A DNA stretch of 60,958 nt, filler included. It is 4 parts of 4 records of this genome, joined end to end, with 100 filler letters (N's around TTAATTAATTAA, not from the genome) between each part and the next. Parts side by side here need not be neighbours in the genome. Positions count along the whole stretch, not along the records: positions 26,669 to 34,494 come from SRR31156797_17569; positions 34,595 to 60,958 come from SRR31156797_17575; 2 more parts are not named here. The stretch is one strand, 5' to 3'. A program made the position numbers and the translations under genes. The notes under the pieces are model-generated. The model searched no databases, was not told where the DNA came from, and saw only the letters and a list, made by a program, of their open reading frames with translations. This document shows, one piece after another, positions 28,753 to 37,076 of the stretch (position 1 is the stretch's first letter; each line of letters begins with the position of its first letter).

Positions 28753-29105
28753 TGCTCATTCCACGCTTTATATGCTTCTTTTCTAATATCCTGATTCTTG
28801 ACTGTACGCTCAATCGTTGGTCCGTAATGGTTACATTTCCGGCAGAACACGGCTTCTTTTTGTCCGATATTGTCTTTAGCAAGTCCAGAGTCGTAGGAAT
28901 CAACACGAAGTTCCTTAGAACCACATTTAGGACATAGCTTACAATCTTGAATATTTTGCGGGTTTTGTTTTATCGGTTTCCGTTCAATGAATATTTTTTC
29001 TTCTACGCTCGGTGCGGGTGGATGTTCTTTAACGACTGGTTTCTCAACTGGCTTTGTTTCAACTTTCTTCACTGTTCGTTTTCTTGGCTTTCTTTGAGTT
29101 GCCAT
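28749..29105 (-). CDS. Lar-family (restriction alleviation) zinc-ribbon protein with basic Lys/Pro N-terminal extension
   Basis: LCPKCGS...VFCRKCNHYGP...EAYKAWN matches the Lar-family pattern CP.CG...V.C..C...GP...A..AWN. Confidence 0.65.
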   Translation of the reverse strand: MATQRKPRKRTVKKVETKPVEKPVVKEHPPAPSVEEKIFIERKPIKQNPQNIQDCKLCPKCGSKELRVDSYDSGLAKDNIGQKEAVFCRKCNHYGPTIERTVKNQDIRKEAYKAWNEQ

Positions 29106-29122
29106 TTTAGTTTCCTTTCAAA

Positions 29123-29452
29123 TTATTTATTTTTAATTCCCGGAATAAGTGACGGCTTTGCCCGGTCTGTTGGTTCGCTGGGGATGTATTTTGGCTCAAT
29201 ATGTCCGGGTGGATTGCTTATGTCTAACGTATATTTTTCAGTAAAAAACCTATCTGCATATTCTTTCGTTGGTGCACAATCACAACAAATAAACTTTTCT
29301 ATTCCATAACGAACTACTTTACTGTCAAACAGCGCCGCCCATCCTTTTTCTCGACGAAATTCACAATTACACATTTGGCATTTTTGCCATGCAAAATAGA
29401 AGTAATATTCTCGCAAATGTCTATACGGTTTGTTATTTACTTTCCTTTTCAT
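29123..29452 (-). CDS. Small CxxC..CxxC phage protein, paralog of 28540-28752
   Basis: YYFYFAWQKCQMCNCEFRREKGW...ICCDCAPTKEYADRFF. Confidence 0.7.
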   Translation of the reverse strand: MKRKVNNKPYRHLREYYFYFAWQKCQMCNCEFRREKGWAALFDSKVVRYGIEKFICCDCAPTKEYADRFFTEKYTLDISNPPGHIEPKYIPSEPTDRAKPSLIPGIKNK

Positions 29453-29468
29453 TGCTCATTCCACAATT

Positions 29469-29828
29469 TTATTGTAAATTGTTTTTTTGTGATGAATCTT
29501 TCCATTCAACAGTGTTAATGTTCTGTGGCTCTAATCCTAAAACAACACCTCCAACCGGATAAATGGCCTTTAATGACCCTAATCCTGTCGTGTCCCATTT
29601 AACGTAAACTGTAATACTGTCATTACCCACATCAGCAACCAACGAATCATAATTAACAGCCTGTTTCAACTGCCTTATCTCGGATTCAAGGTTTGCTATG
29701 AGTCGGTGGCTATGGTTTTGCTGTTGTTCGAGTAAATCTGCTCGCTTATCAACTTTAACCACAAACACACACAAAATAATATTAACTGCAATAAACATAA
29801 TTAAAAAAACTATGTCTAAATCTCTCAT
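29469..29828 (-). CDS. Phage membrane-anchored coiled-coil protein
   Basis: N-terminal TM helix followed by a heptad-like segment. Confidence 0.65.
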   Translation of the reverse strand: MRDLDIVFLIMFIAVNIILCVFVVKVDKRADLLEQQQNHSHRLIANLESEIRQLKQAVNYDSLVADVGNDSITVYVKWDTTGLGSLKAIYPVGGVVLGLEPQNINTVEWKDSSQKNNLQ

Positions 29829-29843
29829 TTAGATTTCCCTTTC

Positions 29844-30287
29844 TTAAAAACTCAACGGCTTAACCTTTTCTGTTATCTCTGCCGTGACACACTTATCATC
29901 TTCATAGTTAACACGGGTTTTCCATCGTGTGTGACAGTGTGGACATTGCACCTCTTGACTGAATTTCCCTGAGTCATTTTCACCGTACTTTATTTGCTCT
30001 ATAAAACTATGCCCGCACTGCTTACACTTAAATCTAAAGTCGTCTATCCCCAACGCCTTACCTACATCAACAACCACGTTAATAACAAAGGGATATTCAA
30101 CTTCTTTTAGTGCTGGTTCTTCGGTCAAGTCCTGGTCTTTTTCTAAGCATCCGATGAAATCCGTTTCGTGTTCACATAACAGTCCCGCCCCTTCGTCCGT
30201 GTCACTCGCTCCTAAAATTTTCCACACAACACCTTGCTCTGTTTTAGCAATAAAACGTCCTGCTATCCAAACTTTAGACATAGACAC
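29844..30287 (-). CDS. Phage hypothetical protein with C-terminal zinc ribbon
   Basis: AAGGAGG RBS; CKQCGH...CPHCH. Confidence 0.7.
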   Translation of the reverse strand: MSMSKVWIAGRFIAKTEQGVVWKILGASDTDEGAGLLCEHETDFIGCLEKDQDLTEEPALKEVEYPFVINVVVDVGKALGIDDFRFKCKQCGHSFIEQIKYGENDSGKFSQEVQCPHCHTRWKTRVNYEDDKCVTAEITEKVKPLSF

Positions 30288-30329
30288 CTCCTTGATTTTC
30301 CCGGAATTTACAAAATAAATCGTTAAAAA

Positions 30330-31730
30330 TCAAGGTTGTGCGGTTGTAGTTTTTGCGTGTTTCTCGTACAAATCAACTACCTCTTTTTCCTCGCTACCCT
30401 TTTCCGCTTCTATCTGTTTATCGTCGTCCTCTGGCAATTCCTGACCCATGTCAGATTCCATAAAACCCGTAAATACCTTGCTCGCTCCGTGATTAGATAC
30501 CCATTTGTTATTTACTGCCATTGTCAGGGATTGACTTAATTTTACAAGAGTATCCGCAAGCTCGCCCAACTGTTTTGGTGATATTTCAGGAAATTCCAGA
30601 ACATAGCTTGTGTCTGTTCCTGCTTGCAGTTTGCCGTGTTCTGTCTCAAGGTTACCCTTCATTTGGTTGAGTGCATAGTCAATTATTAGCTCAAAGGAAC
30701 CGCGTACAAAGCCTTGACGTCTTACCAAATGTTTAATTGATGGGTCGTTCATCTCTTTGGCAGTAGCGGCGTTTATATCAAAACCGATTGCTCCAAGCCA
30801 ATGTTCTGGGACTGATTCACCAACGGCAACAGCGTTGTATATTAATTTAAACAAATGACTTGTGTCTGCCGCCTTAATGTCAGGAGTGACAGCGTTCCAT
30901 GTAATTTTATCATTATGAACACGAACCGAACCGGGTTTAGGTGGATTCTTTTCTATTTCATCGCGATAAACTTTAACATCCCCATCGTTGCCGTCGATAC
31001 CAACATCCCATAAAAAACTTTTAAGATGCATCATGCGCTCAACTTCGGAAAACAACGCCTCATCAAGCATTGATAAAAGGTCAATAACCGGAAGCAATAC
31101 ACCATTTCCACGCGATGCATTAATAAGTTTGTTTATTTGAAACAAAAACACGCCTTCATTGTTTTTAAGTTTCTGCTCAGAATTTGAAACAACGTACCAT
31201 TTCTTTTCTTGATTCTTTAGTTTGATATAGTCCGTTCTGAGCGCATTGTTTTCATCAAGAAAAACACTATCTATCTTTGACGGGTCTATGTACGCAAAAA
31301 CCAGATTGCCCCTATCCTGAACACTGAACGGAAGTGCCAGTTCCCCAAATAAATGTAATGGTAAAAGATACTGGTCAATCTTTTGCTCGAAATTCCAGGG
31401 GTCGCCTGTCCAAATTTCATCTAAAGCCGATTGAGTGATTTGTCTTGCCTTCTCGTCTTTCGCTGTCGCTGTCAGGGTCACACCATCACCTACAATTGCA
31501 TCAATCTGAATGTCGACGGCACGTTTAGCATATGGATTCGTTAAATACATCCAATAGGCTATATTATTCTGCCGTGTCAGTTTGTTTTCGTCCATATCTC
31601 TTGGATTCTGACCTAACGGTCTATACAAATAACTGTCAGAATCAATGTCATCCATAGGGATTTCAGGACTTACGGCTTCCCTTAACTTTGCGGGAAGAAT
31701 CGTTTTTGATACTGCATCTAAAAATTTCAT
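30330..31730 (-). CDS. Phage portal protein
   Basis: 466 aa lying between terminase and MuF; NPYAKRAVD...VGDG, FGEL, 'INK...SRGNGVLLPV' and 'VPEHWLG...NAATA' portal-like motifs. Confidence 0.8.
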   Translation of the reverse strand: MKFLDAVSKTILPAKLREAVSPEIPMDDIDSDSYLYRPLGQNPRDMDENKLTRQNNIAYWMYLTNPYAKRAVDIQIDAIVGDGVTLTATAKDEKARQITQSALDEIWTGDPWNFEQKIDQYLLPLHLFGELALPFSVQDRGNLVFAYIDPSKIDSVFLDENNALRTDYIKLKNQEKKWYVVSNSEQKLKNNEGVFLFQINKLINASRGNGVLLPVIDLLSMLDEALFSEVERMMHLKSFLWDVGIDGNDGDVKVYRDEIEKNPPKPGSVRVHNDKITWNAVTPDIKAADTSHLFKLIYNAVAVGESVPEHWLGAIGFDINAATAKEMNDPSIKHLVRRQGFVRGSFELIIDYALNQMKGNLETEHGKLQAGTDTSYVLEFPEISPKQLGELADTLVKLSQSLTMAVNNKWVSNHGASKVFTGFMESDMGQELPEDDDKQIEAEKGSEEKEVVDLYEKHAKTTTAQP

Positions 31731-31948
31731 GTTTGTTTTCCGTTTCTGTCCGGTTCGGTTACTTTCATTATTGCTTGAAACACTTGTTTATAGTATTCTT
31801 TTCCCCACTTCCGGCCCAACGCTTGCATTTTTTGTTTTGTTTTTTCTCTATCTTTAATCACATCAGGGTGTTTGTTTTCATCACACAATGGACATAAATA
31901 TACAATTTTTTTGTGTTCACATTCTGGAAGGTCAATAGTTTTTATCAT
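31727..31948 (-). CDS. Small phage protein with C/H motif
   Basis: CEH....CPLC; ATGA overlap with the portal start. Confidence 0.6.
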   Translation of the reverse strand: MIKTIDLPECEHKKIVYLCPLCDENKHPDVIKDREKTKQKMQALGRKWGKEYYKQVFQAIMKVTEPDRNGKQT

Positions 31949-31950
31949 GA

Positions 31951-32091
31951 TTATTTAGCTTCACGAAATTGTTTATCCAAATCAACAGGTTTAACGTAAA
32001 CAGGACGATATTCCGAATAGGCTTTTAAAAATCGCCTTGCCACTTCCGGGTCTCTAATTACAAAATGTTTGTCAAATGATTCTGTTGGCAT
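31951..32091 (-). CDS. Micro-ORF (46 aa), not in ORF track
   Basis: MPTESFDKHFVIRDPEVARRFLKAYSEYRPVYVKPVDLDKQFREAK*; fills the gap with 1-2 nt spacing on each side. Confidence 0.55.
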   Translation of the reverse strand: MPTESFDKHFVIRDPEVARRFLKAYSEYRPVYVKPVDLDKQFREAK

Positions 32092-32092
32092 T

Positions 32093-32179
32093 TTATATTC
32101 TTTTCTTTTTATTTATTTCATTATATTCATAATTAACACGGTCAACCATTGCATCATACCATTTTCTATTTTCTTTCAT
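32093..32179 (-). CDS. Micro-ORF (28 aa), not in ORF track
   Basis: MKENRKWYDAMVDRVNYEYNEINKKKRI*; ATGA overlap with the upstream stop and a GAGGA RBS. Confidence 0.45.
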   Translation of the reverse strand: MKENRKWYDAMVDRVNYEYNEINKKKRI

Positions 32180-32436
32180 TTCTTCATCCTCTCATAAACC
32201 ATAAACACGCCCCACAGGATTACAGTAGACACTATTAACACATGCCACAACGTAAAAGCACGCTCAATATAAGACTGTGGATTCAGATAGAAATGCAAGC
32301 CGATTGAACCAAGTGCCGCCGGGAGTAGCCAGAGAACACGTTCAGGCTTGGTCTTACGTTTGACCGGGGGTTTACTGATAACCTTTTTCTTTTTCTTCTC
32401 TGGCTTAAATTCGTATGCTTGGGATGGTAGGTTCAT
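32176..32436 (-). CDS. Small two-TM phage membrane protein
   Basis: Basic N-terminus and two hydrophobic helices. Confidence 0.6.
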   Translation of the reverse strand: MNLPSQAYEFKPEKKKKKVISKPPVKRKTKPERVLWLLPAALGSIGLHFYLNPQSYIERAFTLWHVLIVSTVILWGVFMVYERMKK

Positions 32437-32888
32437 TGGTTTTCCTCTAAATTGTCAATTAAAATTTCTTTAGAAAGCTCTCGAAATGTTTCACTGAGAT
32501 TGTTTAAAATTTTATACTTTAATTTATCATGTGTGTATTTTTCCATATCTTCCGGCTCCTGCTCAAAGGTCTTTATCCGCTCGTAACTGCCTTCACCTAA
32601 TTTATTAAACAGTTGTTTGATTTGGTCGAAATCTGGTTTAGGTATTTTATAATATCTTTGTCCACTTAAATAATCTATACAATATGATTTTTTTAAAATA
32701 GACAATATTGCGCTAACATCAGAATATTTAAAATTATTACCATCTCGTTTTACGGTTAGATATTCCTTAATTATTTCATTGTTATCATGACTTAAATAAT
32801 ACATAAATTCTTCAACACCATTTTCTCTTGTGTGTATAAAATCTGCATTATTTAAAATATTCAGTATTTGAGATTCCTCTTTTTTCAT
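32433..32888 (-). CDS. Phage hypothetical protein, N-terminus paralogous to 32888-33169
   Basis: MKKEESQILNIL...TR...MYYL; TAATG coupling. Confidence 0.7.
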   Translation of the reverse strand: MKKEESQILNILNNADFIHTRENGVEEFMYYLSHDNNEIIKEYLTVKRDGNNFKYSDVSAILSILKKSYCIDYLSGQRYYKIPKPDFDQIKQLFNKLGEGSYERIKTFEQEPEDMEKYTHDKLKYKILNNLSETFRELSKEILIDNLEENQ

Positions 32889-33169
32889 TAGGTTCGCTCC
32901 CTTAACATATCGTAAACATCTTTTGCACTATCAACATATTGCTCGATTATATCAAGACTTTTACACAACTCCCTGCGAGACATGTTTAAAACTGTCTTGT
33001 TGTGCAATGCCTGTTTTGCGTTTTTATTTATCTTTTCAAGCAATTCTTTGATTCTGTCCACTTCACTCTGACACAAAACATACAAATACGCTTTATCGCC
33101 ACGTGTAAAAACTGTTTCAGTCTTTGACTTTTCCAGAATTTCTAATATCTCTGATTCCTCTTTTTTCAT
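32888..33169 (-). CDS. Phage hypothetical protein (93 aa)
   Basis: MKKEESEILEIL...TR...LYVL; ATG overlaps the terminase TAA. Confidence 0.7.
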   Translation of the reverse strand: MKKEESEILEILEKSKTETVFTRGDKAYLYVLCQSEVDRIKELLEKINKNAKQALHNKTVLNMSRRELCKSLDIIEQYVDSAKDVYDMLRERT

Positions 33170-34494
33170 TACCACCTTCTCCTTTTTATTACTGGTTCAG
33201 GGTCTATGCTTGCCATTGCGGGAGGGGCATTATCAGGATAAAATGTCAATGCTAATGAATCGCCCCAATCCGGCGAACGGCCTAATCTTTCTTTAATATC
33301 TTCTTTAGGCTCTATAATTATTGAGCCATTAGACCTAAATGAATAAGTCGGTTCGGTTAAGTCCTGTACTAATTCGTCACAATCAGGTAAGACAAAATCA
33401 GAATTAAATTGCGGATTTAACGCATCTCTCAAAGCCCAGTAACAATAAGCTCTCATGTTTGCAAAGATTAATTCCCCCGTATAATCCTGTAAGTCCGTCC
33501 CTTCCGAAAACTTAGCACTGACAGAATTAACACCTTGCTCTATCAATCTTGAATGAACGCCCGCGCCTTCTCCAATTGTATCAAGATAAGCCGTCCCACT
33601 TCCAATCTTATTTTTTACCTGTCCAGCCGTGACCATGTGGTCTTGTTTTGAATACATATCATACTTTTCTACATATGTCCCATATCTATAACAAAACACG
33701 GTTGCATCTCTACCCATACCGGCAACATCAACACCAAGTTTTAATTGAGCCTCTGGCCTTTTTCTGTTTTCCCATCGTGCTTGTGCCGCTTCAATCCATG
33801 CTATAGGAATTAACTGATTGCTTGATTCTCCCGGATATTCGCCCATGACCTTTGGTCTAAACAAATCATTAGGCCTGTACCATTTTCCGTTAAACTTAAA
33901 ATCATACAGGTCTTTTCTGACTTCGCTTTCTTCTATCTGCATACACCACTTGTTAACTTTATCCTCTACCCATTCATAGTCAACTTGTCCGGGAATTAAC
34001 TGTTTTTTCGCTCGGACATTCGGAGCATCGAGACAACTTAACCGAAATCGTTTATATCGTGGGTCTTTAGTGCTTTTGTAGCTTTCACCTTCCATCTGAT
34101 TAGGATTAAAAATAAGTAACAGTTTGGAATTGCCTGTCAGTAATCCCTCGATAGCGTTATTAGTTTCTTGTGATACACCGGATGCCTCCGTAACAACAAC
34201 CATAATATTAGGGCTATGAAATCCTGTCCATGCTTCCGTTGCCTTATCCGATGCCTTAAAACCTTCTAAAAACCATTCTGGATAACCTGGTATTTTAATT
34301 TTACTCGCTAAGACTTCACCGCCAAGAGGTATCTTTGCGTTGTTATGAATCTTGCCAATCTCAGACATCATAATTGATGTTACCTGTCTGCCTGTTGGTG
34401 CTGTATTAATTACCTTGCTTGGCTCGTTTAAATACAAAAAACAAACAGATGCAACAGCCGCTAAATAGTCTTTACCTCTGGCATGTCCAGACCT
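33169..34494 (-). CDS. Phage terminase large subunit, 5'-truncated
   Basis: Frame is open to the contig edge: RSGHARGKD (Walker A), VVVTEASG (Walker B), IFNP coupling motif, nuclease domain LGVDVAGMGRD...SPDWGDSLAL. Confidence 0.9.
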   Translation of the reverse strand, partial: RSGHARGKDYLAAVASVCFLYLNEPSKVINTAPTGRQVTSIMMSEIGKIHNNAKIPLGGEVLASKIKIPGYPEWFLEGFKASDKATEAWTGFHSPNIMVVVTEASGVSQETNNAIEGLLTGNSKLLLIFNPNQMEGESYKSTKDPRYKRFRLSCLDAPNVRAKKQLIPGQVDYEWVEDKVNKWCMQIEESEVRKDLYDFKFNGKWYRPNDLFRPKVMGEYPGESSNQLIPIAWIEAAQARWENRKRPEAQLKLGVDVAGMGRDATVFCYRYGTYVEKYDMYSKQDHMVTAGQVKNKIGSGTAYLDTIGEGAGVHSRLIEQGVNSVSAKFSEGTDLQDYTGELIFANMRAYCYWALRDALNPQFNSDFVLPDCDELVQDLTEPTYSFRSNGSIIIEPKEDIKERLGRSPDWGDSLALTFYPDNAPPAMASIDPEPVIKRRRW

Positions 34495-34594
34495 NNNNNN
34501 NNNNNNNNNNNNNNNNNNNNNNNNNNNNNNNNNNNNNNTTAATTAATTAANNNNNNNNNNNNNNNNNNNNNNNNNNNNNNNNNNNNNNNNNNNN
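34495..34594. other. Artificial contig-joining spacer
   Basis: N44-TTAATTAATTAA-N44. Confidence 0.97.
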
Positions 34595-34661
34595 GCTGTG
34601 ACACCTGTGTCTGGAAAGACCACGACCAGATCTATGCCATGGTTTTCTGACCCTTGATTTC

Positions 34662-34715
34662 TTGACAAAAAAAACCATCCCTCCTATAACCCTATACAAT
34701 TTAAATTGTATAGGG
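34662..34715 (+). promoter_or_regulatory. Sigma70 promoter with overlapping 26-bp perfect palindrome (operator)
   Basis: TTGACA (34662-67), 17-nt spacer, TATAAC (34685-90); CCCTATACAATTT|AAATTGTATAGGG at 34690-34715. Confidence 0.75.
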
Positions 34716-34814
34716 GCTGAATCGGTCTTCTGCCCTGACGGCAATATACCTAACGCTCTCCGGCCCTTCGATCAAAAAGGTGGTGAAGCCGCCGAAATTA
34801 AGGGATGAAAACAA

Positions 34815-35258
34815 ATGAAATCCGAATTTACCGACATACACCAAATCATCCCCCATCGCCCCCCCATGGTCATGATTGACCAGTATACGAGGATCAGTGA
34901 GACCGCCGGGAAGGCCATAAAACAATTTTCGGGAAAAAATTACGGATGCGACCGGGGAGTGGTGCTCCAGAGTGTATTGATCGAGTGCACGGCCCAGACC
35001 GTGGCAGCCCACCACGGATATTCGCAGTTAGGGGACCCCGGTAAAAAGCCGGCCATGGGAATGCTGGTGGCAATTGATACCTTTGATTTTTTCCTTCCGG
35101 TACCTGAAGATGGAAAAATCACCATAATCGTTGAAAAGACAGACGAAATTGGCCCCTTTCATCTCATCCGGGGAGAAATCCTCTGCCAGGGAAAACCAAT
35201 GGCCCGGGGCAGGATAAAAATTTTCAACAGCCCCAAAGACGTGGGAGACGGTAAATGA
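34815..35258 (+). CDS. Hotdog-fold 3-hydroxyacyl-ACP dehydratase-like protein (ApeP-like)
   Basis: IPHRPPMVMID and LIECTAQTVAA motifs. Confidence 0.8.
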   Translation: MKSEFTDIHQIIPHRPPMVMIDQYTRISETAGKAIKQFSGKNYGCDRGVVLQSVLIECTAQTVAAHHGYSQLGDPGKKPAMGMLVAIDTFDFFLPVPEDGKITIIVEKTDEIGPFHLIRGEILCQGKPMARGRIKIFNSPKDVGDGK

Positions 35259-35998
35259 TATCTCTTGTCCGGAAAAGTCTTTTCCTGATCTCCATTTTTA
35301 TTCTGGTTCCGGGTCCATTTTTTTTCCCTTTTCAGCGGCCCTGCAGTCAAGGAGCCTTTGCCGGGGAATCAGAGGAAGGCCTATCCATCCCGGAAAAGCG
35401 GCTTGACCAGATCCTCCTGACCACGGAAAAAAATCTCGGCCGTATCAAAACCCTGAAAACCAGGCTGATTCAGGAAAAAAACCTCGCTCTTTTTTCAGAA
35501 CCTGTCCTCTCAAGGGGAATTCTTCTTTTTAAAAAACCGGGCAAAATACGGCTTGAATTTTTCGAACCCTTTCAATCCATCCTAGTGGTCTCCGGAAACA
35601 CCATATCCAAATTTGAGGCATTCAACGGAGAGTGGAAAAAAATGGATTCAGGCAATGAAAAAATAATGGGAATTATTCTCGACCATATTGCCGCATGGAT
35701 CAGCGGCCGGTTCAACCAGGGAAATCTATACAGGGTTTCAGGAAAATACCGACCGGACGGTAAGGGGGAAGCCTTTTCATTGATTCTAGAGCCAAGGGCT
35801 GAGGAGTTCAGACAATTTATCCGGGCCTTTGAACTGGGGATAAATTCGGGCATGGATCGGCTGGATTACATCGTTATCCGGGAGTCTGGAGATGATTATA
35901 CCAGGATAAATTTCCATGAAGACCGGATCAACTATTCTATTAAAGATATTTATTTTGACGGAAGCAGGCAACCCCTGCCACCTGTCCCCCAATGGTAG
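35255..35998 (+). CDS. LolA-like outer-membrane lipoprotein/lipid carrier
   Basis: Signal peptide; QEKNLALFSEPVLSRG...KPGKIRLEF.EP pattern as in LolA-like proteins of aryl-polyene clusters. Confidence 0.75.
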   Translation: MISLVRKSLFLISIFILVPGPFFFPFQRPCSQGAFAGESEEGLSIPEKRLDQILLTTEKNLGRIKTLKTRLIQEKNLALFSEPVLSRGILLFKKPGKIRLEFFEPFQSILVVSGNTISKFEAFNGEWKKMDSGNEKIMGIILDHIAAWISGRFNQGNLYRVSGKYRPDGKGEAFSLILEPRAEEFRQFIRAFELGINSGMDRLDYIVIRESGDDYTRINFHEDRINYSIKDIYFDGSRQPLPPVPQW

Positions 35999-36666
35999 TC
36001 CGGATGAAATCCTTTCTAACCTGTTTATTATTACTCATGGCCCTGGCCGGATGTGCCCATAGGCCACAGATACCGGCACACAATATGGAACCGCCGGGAC
36101 AGACCCGGGTCTTAACAGAACTCCTTTCTGGACAATATCCGGACAGATTCAGCGCCCTTCACCGTGTCGGGCTGAACATCAGGGGAAAGACAATGGTCCT
36201 GAAAGGGTATCTAAAGGTTGACAGGCCCAAAGGAGAGGTCCGCCTCATTGCCCAGGCAGGAATGGGAGGCACCCTTTTTGAGGTTCATATCCTGAACGGC
36301 GCCACGGACATGATATCGGTAAAAGGAGGTTTTAAAAAATCATGGCTTGAAAAATCAGTGGTCAATGATCTAAAGCATCTATACCTTTTGCCCTCTTTTA
36401 CCTCTCCCAGGGCATATGCCGGCCGTGACGGAAACATCATCCTCTACGACAGCCAAAAAGAAAAAACCCGGTCCTATACCTTTACACCGGCAGATGACGG
36501 GGGGCTAAAGGTATCCGGGTATAGGCAGTGGAGGGGCAGCCGTATGGAATACGCCATTGACTATGGCCAGGCCAGCCCCCTGCCCCAATTCATCAAAATC
36601 CAAAATAATTGTTTAAACTACACCCTGGACATTAGTGTCCGTTATATCATGTCCGGGGCAGAATAG
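35992..36666 (+). CDS. Lipoprotein (DUF3261/LolB-like)
   Basis: Lipobox LAGC; C-terminal 'IKIQNNCLNYTLDI'; position next to the LolA-like gene. Confidence 0.6.
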   Translation: MVVRMKSFLTCLLLLMALAGCAHRPQIPAHNMEPPGQTRVLTELLSGQYPDRFSALHRVGLNIRGKTMVLKGYLKVDRPKGEVRLIAQAGMGGTLFEVHILNGATDMISVKGGFKKSWLEKSVVNDLKHLYLLPSFTSPRAYAGRDGNIILYDSQKEKTRSYTFTPADDGGLKVSGYRQWRGSRMEYAIDYGQASPLPQFIKIQNNCLNYTLDISVRYIMSGAE

Positions 36667-36677
36667 GGGTATCACTT

Positions 36678-37070
36678 ATGACGCTTTACACCGATATTCA
36701 AAAATCCAGGCGTTCAATTTCCTGGACCCGGGAGGGGGGGATCTGCGGAGAATTCAATTTTTCCGGAGATCTGGCACTTTTTAAGGGGCATTTTCCGGAA
36801 AAAGCGATTCTACCGGGAATCGCACAGATTGAGATGGTAAAATTCGCCCTTGAAACCATGCTTGAAAAAAGGCTGGTCATCCGGGCCATAACAAAAACCA
36901 AATTTTCACACCTGATTGAACCGGATACCCCTGTCTCTGTCCAGATTAAGTTTCAGTCCCCGGACCGGGAGGATTTTGAGCCTCTGATGACAGCCAGGGC
37001 GGTCATAAAGGCCTCAGGTTCTCCTGCAGGCAGGCTCAACCTTGTTCTTTCAGAATCAGATGCCCGGTAA
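36678..37070 (+). CDS. FabA/FabZ-like dehydratase (ApeI-like)
   Basis: FKGHFPEKAILPGIAQIE motif. Confidence 0.82.
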   Translation: MTLYTDIQKSRRSISWTREGGICGEFNFSGDLALFKGHFPEKAILPGIAQIEMVKFALETMLEKRLVIRAITKTKFSHLIEPDTPVSVQIKFQSPDREDFEPLMTARAVIKASGSPAGRLNLVLSESDAR

Positions 37071-37076
37071 AAGGGC

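Larger units (their letters stand above)
26669..34494 (-). mobile_element. Phage/prophage contig: DNA-packaging and head-morphogenesis region
   Basis: Terminase large subunit, portal and MuF-like genes; all genes on one strand with ATGA/TAATG overlaps; AT-rich relative to the flanking bacterial contigs. Confidence 0.9.

Noticed and set aside
32176-32436. Two-TM phage protein as a holin
   Set aside because: No adjacent endolysin or spanin; topology alone is insufficient.
26669-34494. Diversity-generating retroelement or alternative genetic code in the phage
   Set aside because: No reverse transcriptase or long adenine-variable repeat pair; genes tile fully under the standard code.
34716-34800. 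Resemblance of the leader (…TCCGGCC…AGGTGGTGAAGCCGCCGAAAT) to a c-di-GMP-I/GEMM riboswitch
   Set aside because: No GNRA-capped P2 stem or GCAAA junction, and the P3 strands pair poorly; it would need a cmscan hit to call.
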